64,000 nucleotides of DNA from a virus: IMG/VR virus record IMGVR_UViG_3300045988_042432; one strand, given 5' to 3'. The position numbers and the translations under genes are program-made. Each line of letters begins with the position of its first letter. The stretch's first letter is position 1. The notes under the pieces were generated by a model. The model saw nothing but the letters and a program-made list of their open reading frames with translations, did not search any database and was not told the DNA's origin. Shown here in pieces: positions 8,017-15,938 of this stretch.

Positions 8017-8250
8017 ATGTTATCGCAGATACAATTTAGGAAACAGAGAATACCATGTACTCTCAATCATCAATCTGTTACTTCTCGTGAAGGTAAATTG
8101 CTTCTTGGGTTTGGAACTAACCAGCCCATGATGCAGCAAGCCGAAAGACAAATTGCTAAACATCAGGTTCCTTATGAGACATCTGATTTAAACGGCATGC
8201 TTTCAATCATTATCGATTATTCTATTATCAGCAGTGTAACAACAATCTAA
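8017..8250 (+). CDS. hypothetical protein (77 aa)
   Basis: Track ORF. Confidence 0.5.
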   Translation: MLSQIQFRKQRIPCTLNHQSVTSREGKLLLGFGTNQPMMQQAERQIAKHQVPYETSDLNGMLSIIIDYSIISSVTTI

Positions 8251-8260
8251 CCTTTAAACA

Positions 8261-8503
8261 ATGGATATAAAGAACAGCCCTATAGTTAAACATGCAATTA
8301 ACAATGACAAATCTCTTCTTCCCGGAATCATCGCTTACAGCTGCAAAGAAGCTATAGTAATCGCTAAGAGAGAATGCGGTGATTTTATAGACTTCGCCAA
8401 GGAGTGGATACAGTCCTCCAAACAGCTTTGCGAAGAAGAGAACATTCCATGGGAACAGATTAGGACAGCAACTGGAGATTCTATTGATAATTATATATCA
8501 TAA
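8261..8503 (+). CDS. hypothetical protein (80 aa)
   Basis: Track ORF. Confidence 0.55.
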   Translation: MDIKNSPIVKHAINNDKSLLPGIIAYSCKEAIVIAKRECGDFIDFAKEWIQSSKQLCEEENIPWEQIRTATGDSIDNYIS

Positions 8504-8521
8504 TCTCCTTTCCGTCTAAAA

Positions 8522-8595
8522 GAGAGTCTGATGAGTCGTTGAAAATTACGACGAAACTTCACTGTGATTTGGCACGTCACGGTGGAGTCACTCTT
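8522..8595 (+). ncRNA. hammerhead self-cleaving ribozyme (stem I open, type I topology)
   Basis: Stem I is GAGAGT 8522-8527 / ACTCTT 8590-8595. Core CTGATGA 8528-8534. Stem II GTCGT/ACGAC 8535-8552. GAAA 8553-8556. Stem III is 11 bp, 8557-8567/8577-8587. T 8588 pairs with A15.1 and C17 is 8589. Predicted cut is 8589^8590. Confidence 0.85.
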
Positions 8596-8612
8596 AACCA
8601 ATATTAGTAATT

Positions 8613-8774
8613 ATGAAACTCACTAAGAATAAGAAAGACAATATAATAATTAGTTCTGCCATTGGAGCATTAGTAATTATTAATATCATGTTGCCTACAG
8701 CTGGCGATTTTACATATGTAGCCGGAGCTATAGGTATTGTTGCGGCCATAGGAGTCTGGTTCTTACCAGACTAA
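8613..8774 (+). CDS. small membrane protein (53 aa)
   Basis: Own translation: MKLTKNKKDNIIISSAIGALVIINIMLPTAGDFTYVAGAIGIVAAIGVWFLPD*, with two hydrophobic segments. It starts 23 nt after the ribozyme cut site. Confidence 0.5.
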   Translation: MKLTKNKKDNIIISSAIGALVIINIMLPTAGDFTYVAGAIGIVAAIGVWFLPD

Positions 8775-8815
8775 TCAAATAATTAATAAATCAAACTCTT
8801 TAAATTTAGAAGGAA

Positions 8816-9439
8816 ATGAAGAAATTACAAGAACGCCTGAAAGCTGGTATTGATTTCAATCCAAAGAAAGACCCATGCTATGATTCTATCGTAGAAGAAG
8901 CTGAAACTATTCTTGGGCATGTGCTCGATGCCGCTGAAGGTAAAGAAGTTCCTTACAAGAACTTCACTGTTGGTGGCGGTTATGACGAAAGGAAAGACCG
9001 TGAAATCGTCATTGTTCGTGGTGACGGTGAAGACTTGCTCGTTATGGAAGTTAAAGACGAATCTATTCGTGTGCAACCTCATGAACGTCATGCTGTCACT
9101 CTGAATGAGGATGACGAAGCTTCTGCCCGTGAAATCTTTGACATTCTTATGAAAATGAGAGACCAAAGACAAGGCTCTACATTTAAAGTCGAAGAAGGCA
9201 AAAAAGCTTTGTTTGAGTTTCTGAAGGATATATCTAAGGCTATCGGTGCTGATGTTGAAGGTGTTGAAACGCCAGAAGAGCTATTAAAAGCTCTCAAGGC
9301 TAGAGAAGAAGGCAATGAAGGAGCCATAGAAGATTTGATGCGTGAACAACGCATTCATCTTACTATGCACATGCTTGACTGTTCCCGTGAGAAGGCAGAG
9401 AAGATTGTAAAGAACTTTGAAGAAGCTGTGAAGCGTTAA
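8816..9439 (+). CDS. acidic hypothetical protein (207 aa)
   Basis: Track ORF. Confidence 0.7.
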   Translation: MKKLQERLKAGIDFNPKKDPCYDSIVEEAETILGHVLDAAEGKEVPYKNFTVGGGYDERKDREIVIVRGDGEDLLVMEVKDESIRVQPHERHAVTLNEDDEASAREIFDILMKMRDQRQGSTFKVEEGKKALFEFLKDISKAIGADVEGVETPEELLKALKAREEGNEGAIEDLMREQRIHLTMHMLDCSREKAEKIVKNFEEAVKR

Positions 9440-9450
9440 TAATGCCAAGA

Positions 9451-9522
9451 GAGGATTAGTTTAATGGTAGAAGGCTAGTTGCGAACTGGCGGAGGGAGTT
9501 CGAATCTCCCATCCTCTCCCAA
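9451..9522 (+). tRNA. tRNA, apparent anticodon GCG (Arg), atypical
   Basis: Acceptor AGAGGAT/ATCCTCT. T arm GGGAG-TTCGAAT-CTCCC. Anticodon arm GCTAG-TTGCGAA-CTGGC. CCA is encoded. The D arm is weak and the variable region is 3 nt. Confidence 0.55.
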
Positions 9523-9552
9523 TCATTTTAAAGTTTTGTATAGTTTAGGCTT

Positions 9553-9587
9553 GCCCCAGTCATGTTGTGAAACACACTTGGGCTTTT
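9553..9587 (+). terminator. putative intrinsic terminator
   Basis: GCCCCAGT...ACTTGGGC stem (7 of 8 bp) followed by TTTT. Confidence 0.55.
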
Positions 9588-9600
9588 AATTAATAAGTGT

Positions 9601-9954
9601 ATGAATCAGAATGCAGTTAATTCTTTAAGGAATGCCAAGAGGCATATTCTTATTAGCGATGTTGATAAGTTCAATAGCCATTTATTGTATTACATATTAA
9701 ATGTTATATATGGAACACATGACCATATTAAATTAAATACGATACGTGAAAGACTTGAACGTGAGCTTAAATGGTCATTGGATGAGCATATTCCTGATAA
9801 GGATGTAATTAGAGAATGGCTTGACAATGATTACCCTCTTATATGCATAACAGAGTTATCGTTTGACAGTTGTATTAAACTTGCCAACGATTTCCCAGAT
9901 TATGAAATTGTAGTTTATAGTTGGATGAAACATGAAGGGAACTTACCATTTTAA
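9601..9954 (+). CDS. hypothetical protein (117 aa)
   Basis: Track ORF. Confidence 0.6.
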   Translation: MNQNAVNSLRNAKRHILISDVDKFNSHLLYYILNVIYGTHDHIKLNTIRERLERELKWSLDEHIPDKDVIREWLDNDYPLICITELSFDSCIKLANDFPDYEIVVYSWMKHEGNLPF

Positions 9955-10090
9955 ATGGAATAAAAATAACTCCTAGGCTATTAAGTCTGTAATGGGTACG
10001 CTACTCAATGTAGCACAGGAAGATACTGATAGCTTTTTTGTTCAGGTTTGAGAGACCTCCTGGCATGAGAGGATAATCATGCCGTTCTAT

Positions 10091-10609
10091 GGGCCTAGAT
10101 TTGGTTTTGACAGGCGATTACAAGTTAGTAAGACGTGTAGAGTTCGTACCAACTCTTTAATAATGATACAGCAATTTAAGTGGAAACACTGAAGTAAGAA
10201 TGGCAGCCTAAGCTGCTGGCTTATCTATTAATTTAGCTCTAAGTCGGGTTAATTGGAGAGACCTAGAAACAGAAGAGGTGTGGGAAGAAGCGTATAGAGC
10301 AGCCCACTTAACTTGAAAGCCAAAGGTTAGTAAAGCTGAAATCTCCACTACCTATCTATGGGTTACAAATAGAAACGTTCTCCAACGTAAATGGAGTGGT
10401 GGAGCGACCGTTCGGTCAAGCCCAGTTTGGTAGTTTGTGAACAACTAAGTCGTAGCCCTACGAGGGAGACGTAATTGGTGAATTAACACTCGGCTTCTTA
10501 GTAAAACTACCTACATGCTGAACTCAACAGCTGATGTAATAAAATAGAGACACACGTAATCTTATTAATGAGGGTTGTTTGGACGGCGGTTCGACTCCGC
10601 CTAGGTCCA
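10091..10609 (+). ncRNA. ssrA: tmRNA (transfer-messenger RNA)
   Basis: 5' end is GGGCCTAGATTTGGTTTTGACAGG. The 3' T arm is GGCGG-TTCGACT-CCGCC followed by TAGGTCC-A. Acceptor GGGCCTA/TAGGTCC has G3:U70. Tag ORF 10182-10210 is GGA AAC ACT GAA GTA AGA ATG GCA GCC TAA, giving GNTEVRMAA*. Confidence 0.8.
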
Positions 10610-10637
10610 CTATTATTAACGTTTAAATATCAATTTT

Positions 10638-10991
10638 ATGGGATTATTTATTATTGCAGTGATTGTTTTACTTATTTGTGTATGTCTTTCGCGAGTAGGG
10701 TCTAAAGACCTAAGAGAAGTTGCAGTGGCAGTTGAGATTGTATTCTCAATGGCAACAGTTGTGGCAGCGATTTCATTACCATTCGCTATTAAGGGAAATA
10801 CTCAAATTATTGGCAAGCATGCAGTGCTAAAAGAAACATTGGAGGCTACTGATAGGAAGAATTACTATCTTATATCTAGTGATGTTTTAGAGCTCAATTA
10901 TACTATTATGAATCATAGGAACTTTGTAGACAATTTCTGGATTGGGATATGGTATGATAAGGACGTAGCTAAATTGGAACTATTAAAATGA
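10638..10991 (+). CDS. membrane protein (117 aa)
   Basis: Track ORF with two N-terminal hydrophobic helices. Confidence 0.6.
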   Translation: MGLFIIAVIVLLICVCLSRVGSKDLREVAVAVEIVFSMATVVAAISLPFAIKGNTQIIGKHAVLKETLEATDRKNYYLISSDVLELNYTIMNHRNFVDNFWIGIWYDKDVAKLELLK

Positions 10992-11269
10992 AAGCAAGGT
11001 TATTAAAGAAACTTCGTAAGGAGTCAAAGAAGCTGAAATTAATAAGAGGTGAGGATTATCAATACATAGTTACTGATAGTCCTCATGACATATTAAGACC
11101 AAAGCTTGATACTTACTACAGTGGCACATACTACTGTGGTCAAGAATTATTATTTGACGAAGATGTAATTGCATGGTTACATCAATGCAGACGTAATTGG
11201 ATTCTGTCCGAGATTAAACGAATGCGTGTACATCTACGTAAATCTCGAATTAGAATATATAAAGAGTAA
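10988..11269 (+). CDS. basic hypothetical protein (93 aa)
   Basis: Track ORF with a 4-nt overlap. Confidence 0.6.
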   Translation: MKARLLKKLRKESKKLKLIRGEDYQYIVTDSPHDILRPKLDTYYSGTYYCGQELLFDEDVIAWLHQCRRNWILSEIKRMRVHLRKSRIRIYKE

Positions 11270-11295
11270 TTGTTTCACTAAAAGTTATTGAAATT

Positions 11296-11793
11296 ATGGG
11301 AAAGAGGTCAATATCCGACGATGACATCGTTCGGATTTTTAACACGGTAAAGGCAATGAATCCTGGGCCTTTTAAGATTACAGATGTAGTCAGGGATTTA
11401 AAGAAGAATGGCTTCCCAAGGCCAGAGAACTTCATGGCTGTTTTGCGTAAGCAGGGAGTGATTGAACCTGACGGTGCTATCTATACTAAAGGATTTATGT
11501 GGAAAGAACATGGCCCTTTGTATAAGACTAGAGTCATTGAATTGATAACTATCAGCAGGAAAGAAATGGCTAAGATACAGAGAGATGCATATGCTAAGAG
11601 AATGGCTATTAAAGCTGGCACTTACGTAGCACCTCCTAAACCTAAGCCACAAGCTGAAATGGAAGCTGTTACAGAAGCGGAAGAAGACAAACATCTGATT
11701 CCTATTACACAGGCTGAAATGGAAGCAATCAAATTCCTGAAATCGAGAGGTTATAGAATCACTAAATTAATAACAGTTGAACAGATAGTATGA
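11296..11793 (+). CDS. hypothetical protein (165 aa)
   Basis: Track ORF. Confidence 0.65.
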   Translation: MGKRSISDDDIVRIFNTVKAMNPGPFKITDVVRDLKKNGFPRPENFMAVLRKQGVIEPDGAIYTKGFMWKEHGPLYKTRVIELITISRKEMAKIQRDAYAKRMAIKAGTYVAPPKPKPQAEMEAVTEAEEDKHLIPITQAEMEAIKFLKSRGYRITKLITVEQIV

Positions 11794-12485
11794 AGTTTAC
11801 AGTACAAGGGAACACGCCATTCAGTGCACATATTTGCCAATATCTATATGATTTGGAAAGCAACTTTGCCAAGGAGAAATTATCATTGCCACTTAGTCAG
11901 ATTATAGCTCATATCTTATATGGGACTAAGAGAATCAGACTTGGTAATGAAGCTATTCCGTCCGAAGCAATCACTATTTTGGAAGAATGTATTGAAGCTA
12001 ATCAGCCAATACCAGTCAATTGTATCTTCGGCAGTTCTGAATCGGAGAAAGACTATGTTGATGTTGCTGAATTTCAATCTCTTCAAACGTTGAAGGATAT
12101 AAGCAGGAGAGTTGCTAAATTCTACTATCCAGGCTTGAACATAAGACTAGATGTAGTAGGCGATTCAAAATATGTTAGTAAGGTGATGAGACTGGCAACA
12201 GTCTTAGGTGGTTTTACCATAGGCACACACCAATCAGCTATTAATGTATCATTCGCTCACTACCGGCCAGCACACTATTATTATAAGTCTATTCCGTCTC
12301 GAAACATTCTACGAGGTGGATATGTTCCAGCTTGGGACGGTAGAGGTTATTTATACTTAGAATCCCCACATGATATTGTGAGTATGATAACTACAGCTGA
12401 CAATCCTGACATTCTTTCGACGACTGTGGTGTTAGAAGCAAACGAAGAGACGGTAGACCTTCGTGTGGACTATCTAATACCGTAA
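11790..12485 (+). CDS. hypothetical protein (231 aa)
   Basis: Track ORF with a 4-nt overlap. Confidence 0.7.
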   Translation: MKFTVQGNTPFSAHICQYLYDLESNFAKEKLSLPLSQIIAHILYGTKRIRLGNEAIPSEAITILEECIEANQPIPVNCIFGSSESEKDYVDVAEFQSLQTLKDISRRVAKFYYPGLNIRLDVVGDSKYVSKVMRLATVLGGFTIGTHQSAINVSFAHYRPAHYYYKSIPSRNILRGGYVPAWDGRGYLYLESPHDIVSMITTADNPDILSTTVVLEANEETVDLRVDYLIP

Positions 12486-12487
12486 AT

Positions 12488-12557
12488 CCACTATTGACGA
12501 ATAGTGGTAGCAAAACTTGGTCTGAAGAACCAGTAGACATATTCCGGAGTATGTCTA
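12488..12557 (+). ncRNA. candidate structured RNA: three adjacent hairpins including a tRNA-Phe-like anticodon arm
   Basis: First hairpin CCACTATT-gacg-AATAGTGG (12488-12507). Second TTGGT-CTGAAGA-ACCAG (12517-12533). Third TAGACATA-ttccggag-TATGTCTA (12534-12557). All lie in a 380-nt ORF-free gap. Confidence 0.3.
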
Positions 12558-12865
12558 TGACTTAAAGGCTATATCAAAGAGTTGAAACCTGTATCTATTC
12601 GAACAGTAGGAGTTCACCTGATTAAGCATCAGAAAACAGTAGTGCAAATCTACTATAGATATTGTGTAAGAGAGAATCTACACGGTCTGTATTATATAAT
12701 CAGCATGCAGATAGGTCACCAAGCAAACCTCTTTCCTGCCTGGTCAAGTGTGCATTACGGTCTGTAAGTGGCGAGCGGGTTAACGTATGTCCGATTGCCG
12801 TAATGCCGCTTGTTTATTGTTTAGAATAAAGAAAGACTCTCATAACAATAAATTTAAACAAAGAG

Positions 12866-14560
12866 ATGGAAATGAAAGGAGCACAAAGGCCAAGGAGGCC
12901 TTACCCTAATGCCGCACGTCAAAGGCGGGATGAGAATAAACCTAAGTTTGTGGATAATAATCAGTTATTCATAGACCAGTTTGTTAATCTTAAGAAATGT
13001 CTTCAGCCACGTACCTACGTGCAAGTGGCTAAAGATATGTATCCTTTATGGAAAGCTAATCCATTACTATGTACTAAGTTTACTGCATATACGAGAATGA
13101 TAACTCGTAAATGTAGAATAATTACCCCGGAAGGAGTTATACAACTTGATACACAGCAAGGAGAAGGTTTGAAGAATGAAGGTATAATGAGAATGTTGTG
13201 GTTGGCAATCTATCACAAACCCACATTCCATGCCAACATTGCTTATTTTGCAGCAGCTGGATGCTGGAAAGATTTCATTACTATGATGGCTTTAGATGTT
13301 CAACTCCATGGCTTTAAGCACAGATTGGATTGGGACTTCTTCAAGAAAGTCATATTCGCAGGTCTTGCCAACGGTCAGACATGTGATTTAGTAAAGAAGT
13401 ATCTTCCTCGTGTTCGTTCCAGTGTTGCATGTAAGACAGATGAGGCAAAAGCACGTAATACAGTAGCCAAATTCTTGGCGGAAGGCCTTTATGGTAAACC
13501 TAAGGATGAAGGAGACTATTCAACCTATCGTAAATATAGGAAGATGAAGAATAGCGGGAAAGCAGCCCAATGGCAGCAGTTAATCAGTCAAAAGAAATTC
13601 TTGGAAATCGATTTTGACACTGTTACTGGAAAGGCACTGGCACAGCTAGTAGGCTCTAAATTCCTCAAACATCAAGGTCTTAAAGAGAAGTATCAGAACT
13701 GGTTGAAGAACCGTAAGAAGCCCTCTAATAGCGGATTTCTACATACTCTGTTCAAACCATACGGATTGGATAAAATTGCCGAAGAGATTCCAGAATTTAT
13801 GGAAACTTCTATTAATGCAAGTTTCAATGTATTTGTTGATAATGCTAAACGCAATAGAGTAGCTCCGTTGTTGGTAGTAAGAGATATAAGTCATTCTGCT
13901 AATGGTGAGATAGAGAATAGCGAAACATCTGCTTACAGTTTGGGTAAAGTATATGCTTTATATCACTCTGAATTACTTCCTACAATATTCAAAAACTCCT
14001 ATGCCGTGTTAGAAGATAACATGGTTCTACATAAGTTCAAAGGTCAGAATGTCATTGAGAAATGGAAAGCTGACAAAGAAGAAGCATTATGCCAGAATCC
14101 TTCTATTATTAATATAGCAGAAATGCTGTGTAAAATGAAAGAAGATTATGGTGTGGATGAAGGAGAGTTCCCTAGAGGTTGTGTGGTAATTACTAACCAT
14201 ACATATTTTACCAAGTTGAACAACCAAGCATTCGTGGAATTTAAGCAAAGACTGCTTAAAGCAAATTTCAGTAAGGAATTTGTAAGAGCATTCAAAGTTA
14301 TCATTTGGAGAGTTCCTTTAGCATATAAGGGAAGACCTAATGTGGCTTTGGTTCCAGGAGTGTCAAATTGCTTCTTAGTAAATGGACTTAATAATTCAAC
14401 ATCCTCATTTATTACTGGAGAGAAGAGGTTCCAGGTGCCTAAAACCACTAGAGACATCTTTAAGCATGCTATGAATCAAGAGTTGCTTAATATGATGATT
14501 CTAGAGAAGGATGTTGTCAAGAAGAATGCAAGCGTGCAGAAGAAGCCTGTGAAGGTCTAA
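12866..14560 (+). CDS. TROVE/DUF2828-like protein with vWA-type MIDAS motif (Ro60-like architecture)
   Basis: Track ORF of 564 aa. AAAGCWKDFITMM resembles the GW-KDLL motif of TROVE/DUF2828 proteins, from memory. LLVVRDISHSANG is a DxSxS MIDAS-like motif. Confidence 0.4.
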   Translation: MEMKGAQRPRRPYPNAARQRRDENKPKFVDNNQLFIDQFVNLKKCLQPRTYVQVAKDMYPLWKANPLLCTKFTAYTRMITRKCRIITPEGVIQLDTQQGEGLKNEGIMRMLWLAIYHKPTFHANIAYFAAAGCWKDFITMMALDVQLHGFKHRLDWDFFKKVIFAGLANGQTCDLVKKYLPRVRSSVACKTDEAKARNTVAKFLAEGLYGKPKDEGDYSTYRKYRKMKNSGKAAQWQQLISQKKFLEIDFDTVTGKALAQLVGSKFLKHQGLKEKYQNWLKNRKKPSNSGFLHTLFKPYGLDKIAEEIPEFMETSINASFNVFVDNAKRNRVAPLLVVRDISHSANGEIENSETSAYSLGKVYALYHSELLPTIFKNSYAVLEDNMVLHKFKGQNVIEKWKADKEEALCQNPSIINIAEMLCKMKEDYGVDEGEFPRGCVVITNHTYFTKLNNQAFVEFKQRLLKANFSKEFVRAFKVIIWRVPLAYKGRPNVALVPGVSNCFLVNGLNNSTSSFITGEKRFQVPKTTRDIFKHAMNQELLNMMILEKDVVKKNASVQKKPVKV

Positions 14561-14723
14561 GTATTTCGCGCACCGTTTATTTAATAGTTGAATTAATGTT
14601 CTGATTGGATAGAAGATAGATTTCATTATGCATGGAGAAGAGCGCATATTTGGTATAGTAATCTTTGTGCATATCTAGTAACACTAGGTGGGAATTTATT
14701 GGATGATTCCATAGGGACTGGAT

Positions 14724-14797
14724 AGAGATATAGTTCAGTGGTAGAACAGCTAAAGTCAATCTTTAGAAGAACATCAGTTCGAATCTGGTTATCTCTA
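14724..14797 (+). tRNA. tRNA-like gene, apparent anticodon CAA in a short-variable-arm (class I) frame
   Basis: Acceptor AGAGATA/TATCTCT. D arm GTTC-AGTGGTA-GAAC. T arm ATCAG-TTCGAAT-CTGGT. Anticodon arm CTAAA-GTCAATC-TTTAG. There is an extra nt at position 26, T37, and G32:C38 can pair. Confidence 0.5.
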
Positions 14798-14899
14798 CAC
14801 CATTTTATTAATATGATTCTTTCAACATATGCAGTGTCATTTCTATCTCGACTCATAGTCATTATTACGAGTTAAAGTATCTGCAATTGTTGAATAACT

Positions 14900-14937
14900 A
14901 CTAAGCTCATCGGTTCGAGAGAATATGTGAGCTTAGT
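14900..14937 (+). promoter_or_regulatory. conserved-loop hairpin, copy 1 (loop ..GGTTCGAGAGAATA..)
   Basis: Stem ACTAAGCTCA/TGAGCTTAGT, followed by TTTAAT. Confidence 0.6.
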
Positions 14938-15017
14938 TTAATACCGAGCAAACTTCTATCGTATTTAATACATATTAACTTTTACATGTGGGGAAGATTC
15001 ATTACCTTTGCACTCAC

Positions 15018-15033
15018 AATTCACAGTTAATAT
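15018..15033 (+). repeat. AATTCACAGTTAATAT 16-mer, copy 2
   Basis: Exact match to 3055-3070. It is preceded by TTGCACTCAC, a diverged TTGCCAACTC, and lies 15 nt upstream of tRNA-Tyr. Confidence 0.85.
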
Positions 15034-15047
15034 GGATTGTGTGATTC

Positions 15048-15131
15048 GGGCACGTAACCGGTAATTGGTAGCCGCGTAGACTGTAAATCTACTCCTTAAT
15101 TGGACTGGAGGTTCGAGTCCTCCCGGGCCCA
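15048..15131 (+). tRNA. tRNA-Tyr(GTA), class II
   Basis: Anticodon arm GTAGA-CTGTAAA-TCTAC. Long variable arm. T arm GGAGG-TTCGAGT-CCTCC. Acceptor GGGCACG/CGGGCCC has one A:G mismatch. Confidence 0.85.
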
Positions 15132-15183
15132 CTCACACTGCGATAATTAAATACAATATCTGTTGAGGTCAAACTCGACAAAC

Positions 15184-15211
15184 CCTTCTATGGTTCGAGA
15201 GAATAGTAGAA
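15184..15211 (+). promoter_or_regulatory. conserved-loop hairpin, copy 2
   Basis: Stem CTTCTA/TAGAAG with loop TGGTTCGAGAGAATAG. It ends 6 nt before tRNA-Gly. Confidence 0.55.
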
Positions 15212-15217
15212 GTAAAC

Positions 15218-15289
15218 TGCGGGATTCGTATAATGGTTATTATAACAGCCTTCCAAGCTGAAGATGACAGTTCAATTCTGTTATCCCGC
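15218..15289 (+). tRNA. tRNA-Gly(TCC)
   Basis: Acceptor GCGGGAT/ATCCCGC. Anticodon loop CTTCCAA. T arm GACAG-TTCAATT-CTGTT. Confidence 0.8.
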
Positions 15290-15313
15290 TCATTATTAAT
15301 AATAGATGAGATT

Positions 15314-15571
15314 ATGAAAGAGACATCATTTAAGGCAGGTGTTATTGGTGGATTATGTGGAGTATTTACCTTCTTGGCATTATTTGCAACCACAAGTAAA
15401 GCATCAATTAATGAGTCTGCTGCTACTAATGGAGATTATAAAATCAACAGAGTGCAGTATGAATTTATTAACGAACTAACCATTTATAAGGTATCAGGTC
15501 CTGGTATTCCAGGTATTAAGTATGTGCTTAGAGATTCCGAGAAAGGTGGTTTATGTGTATTAAATCCATGA
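15314..15571 (+). CDS. small membrane protein
   Basis: Track ORF 15233..15571 begins inside tRNA-Gly. The internal ATG at 15314 (MKETSFKAGVIGGLCGVFTFLALF...) is the likely start. Confidence 0.5.
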   Translation: MKETSFKAGVIGGLCGVFTFLALFATTSKASINESAATNGDYKINRVQYEFINELTIYKVSGPGIPGIKYVLRDSEKGGLCVLNP

Positions 15572-15849
15572 GTGAACACTGTCTTATTAAGAAGAATACT
15601 CCAGAACTTCGTAAGAAACTAGAGGATGCTGGGTTAAGTGTGTGTATATGTACTACATTTGAGGATGCTGATTGGCTTAGTTGCTGGGGTTCTCATATGT
15701 CATATGATGTACATGGTGTGTATCCGGATGACGTGGACGATTTGTCTAAAGAAGCCTATCTGGAGATGTATCTCAAGGAAACGAATCCGATTATATGTGA
15801 ATCGGATGATGAGTTTATTAACATGTGTAAACAAATTAAAGGGAAATGA
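15553..15849 (+). CDS. hypothetical protein (98 aa)
   Basis: Track ORF. Confidence 0.55.
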   Translation: MCIKSMSEHCLIKKNTPELRKKLEDAGLSVCICTTFEDADWLSCWGSHMSYDVHGVYPDDVDDLSKEAYLEMYLKETNPIICESDDEFINMCKQIKGK

Positions 15850-15938
15850 TTATGCGGTAGATTACTTACAAGCCACCATAAGATAGTTGATTATTAATTA
15901 AGGCAATTTATTTATTAACTTATTAACAATTAACTATC

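Noticed and set aside
8825-9354. Minus-strand and alternate-frame ORFs inside CDS 8816..9439 (8825..9172-, 9088..9354-, 8913..9104+).
   Set aside because: They are fully nested in a longer plus-strand ORF that fits the uniform plus-strand gene tiling. Their sequences have shadow-ORF composition.
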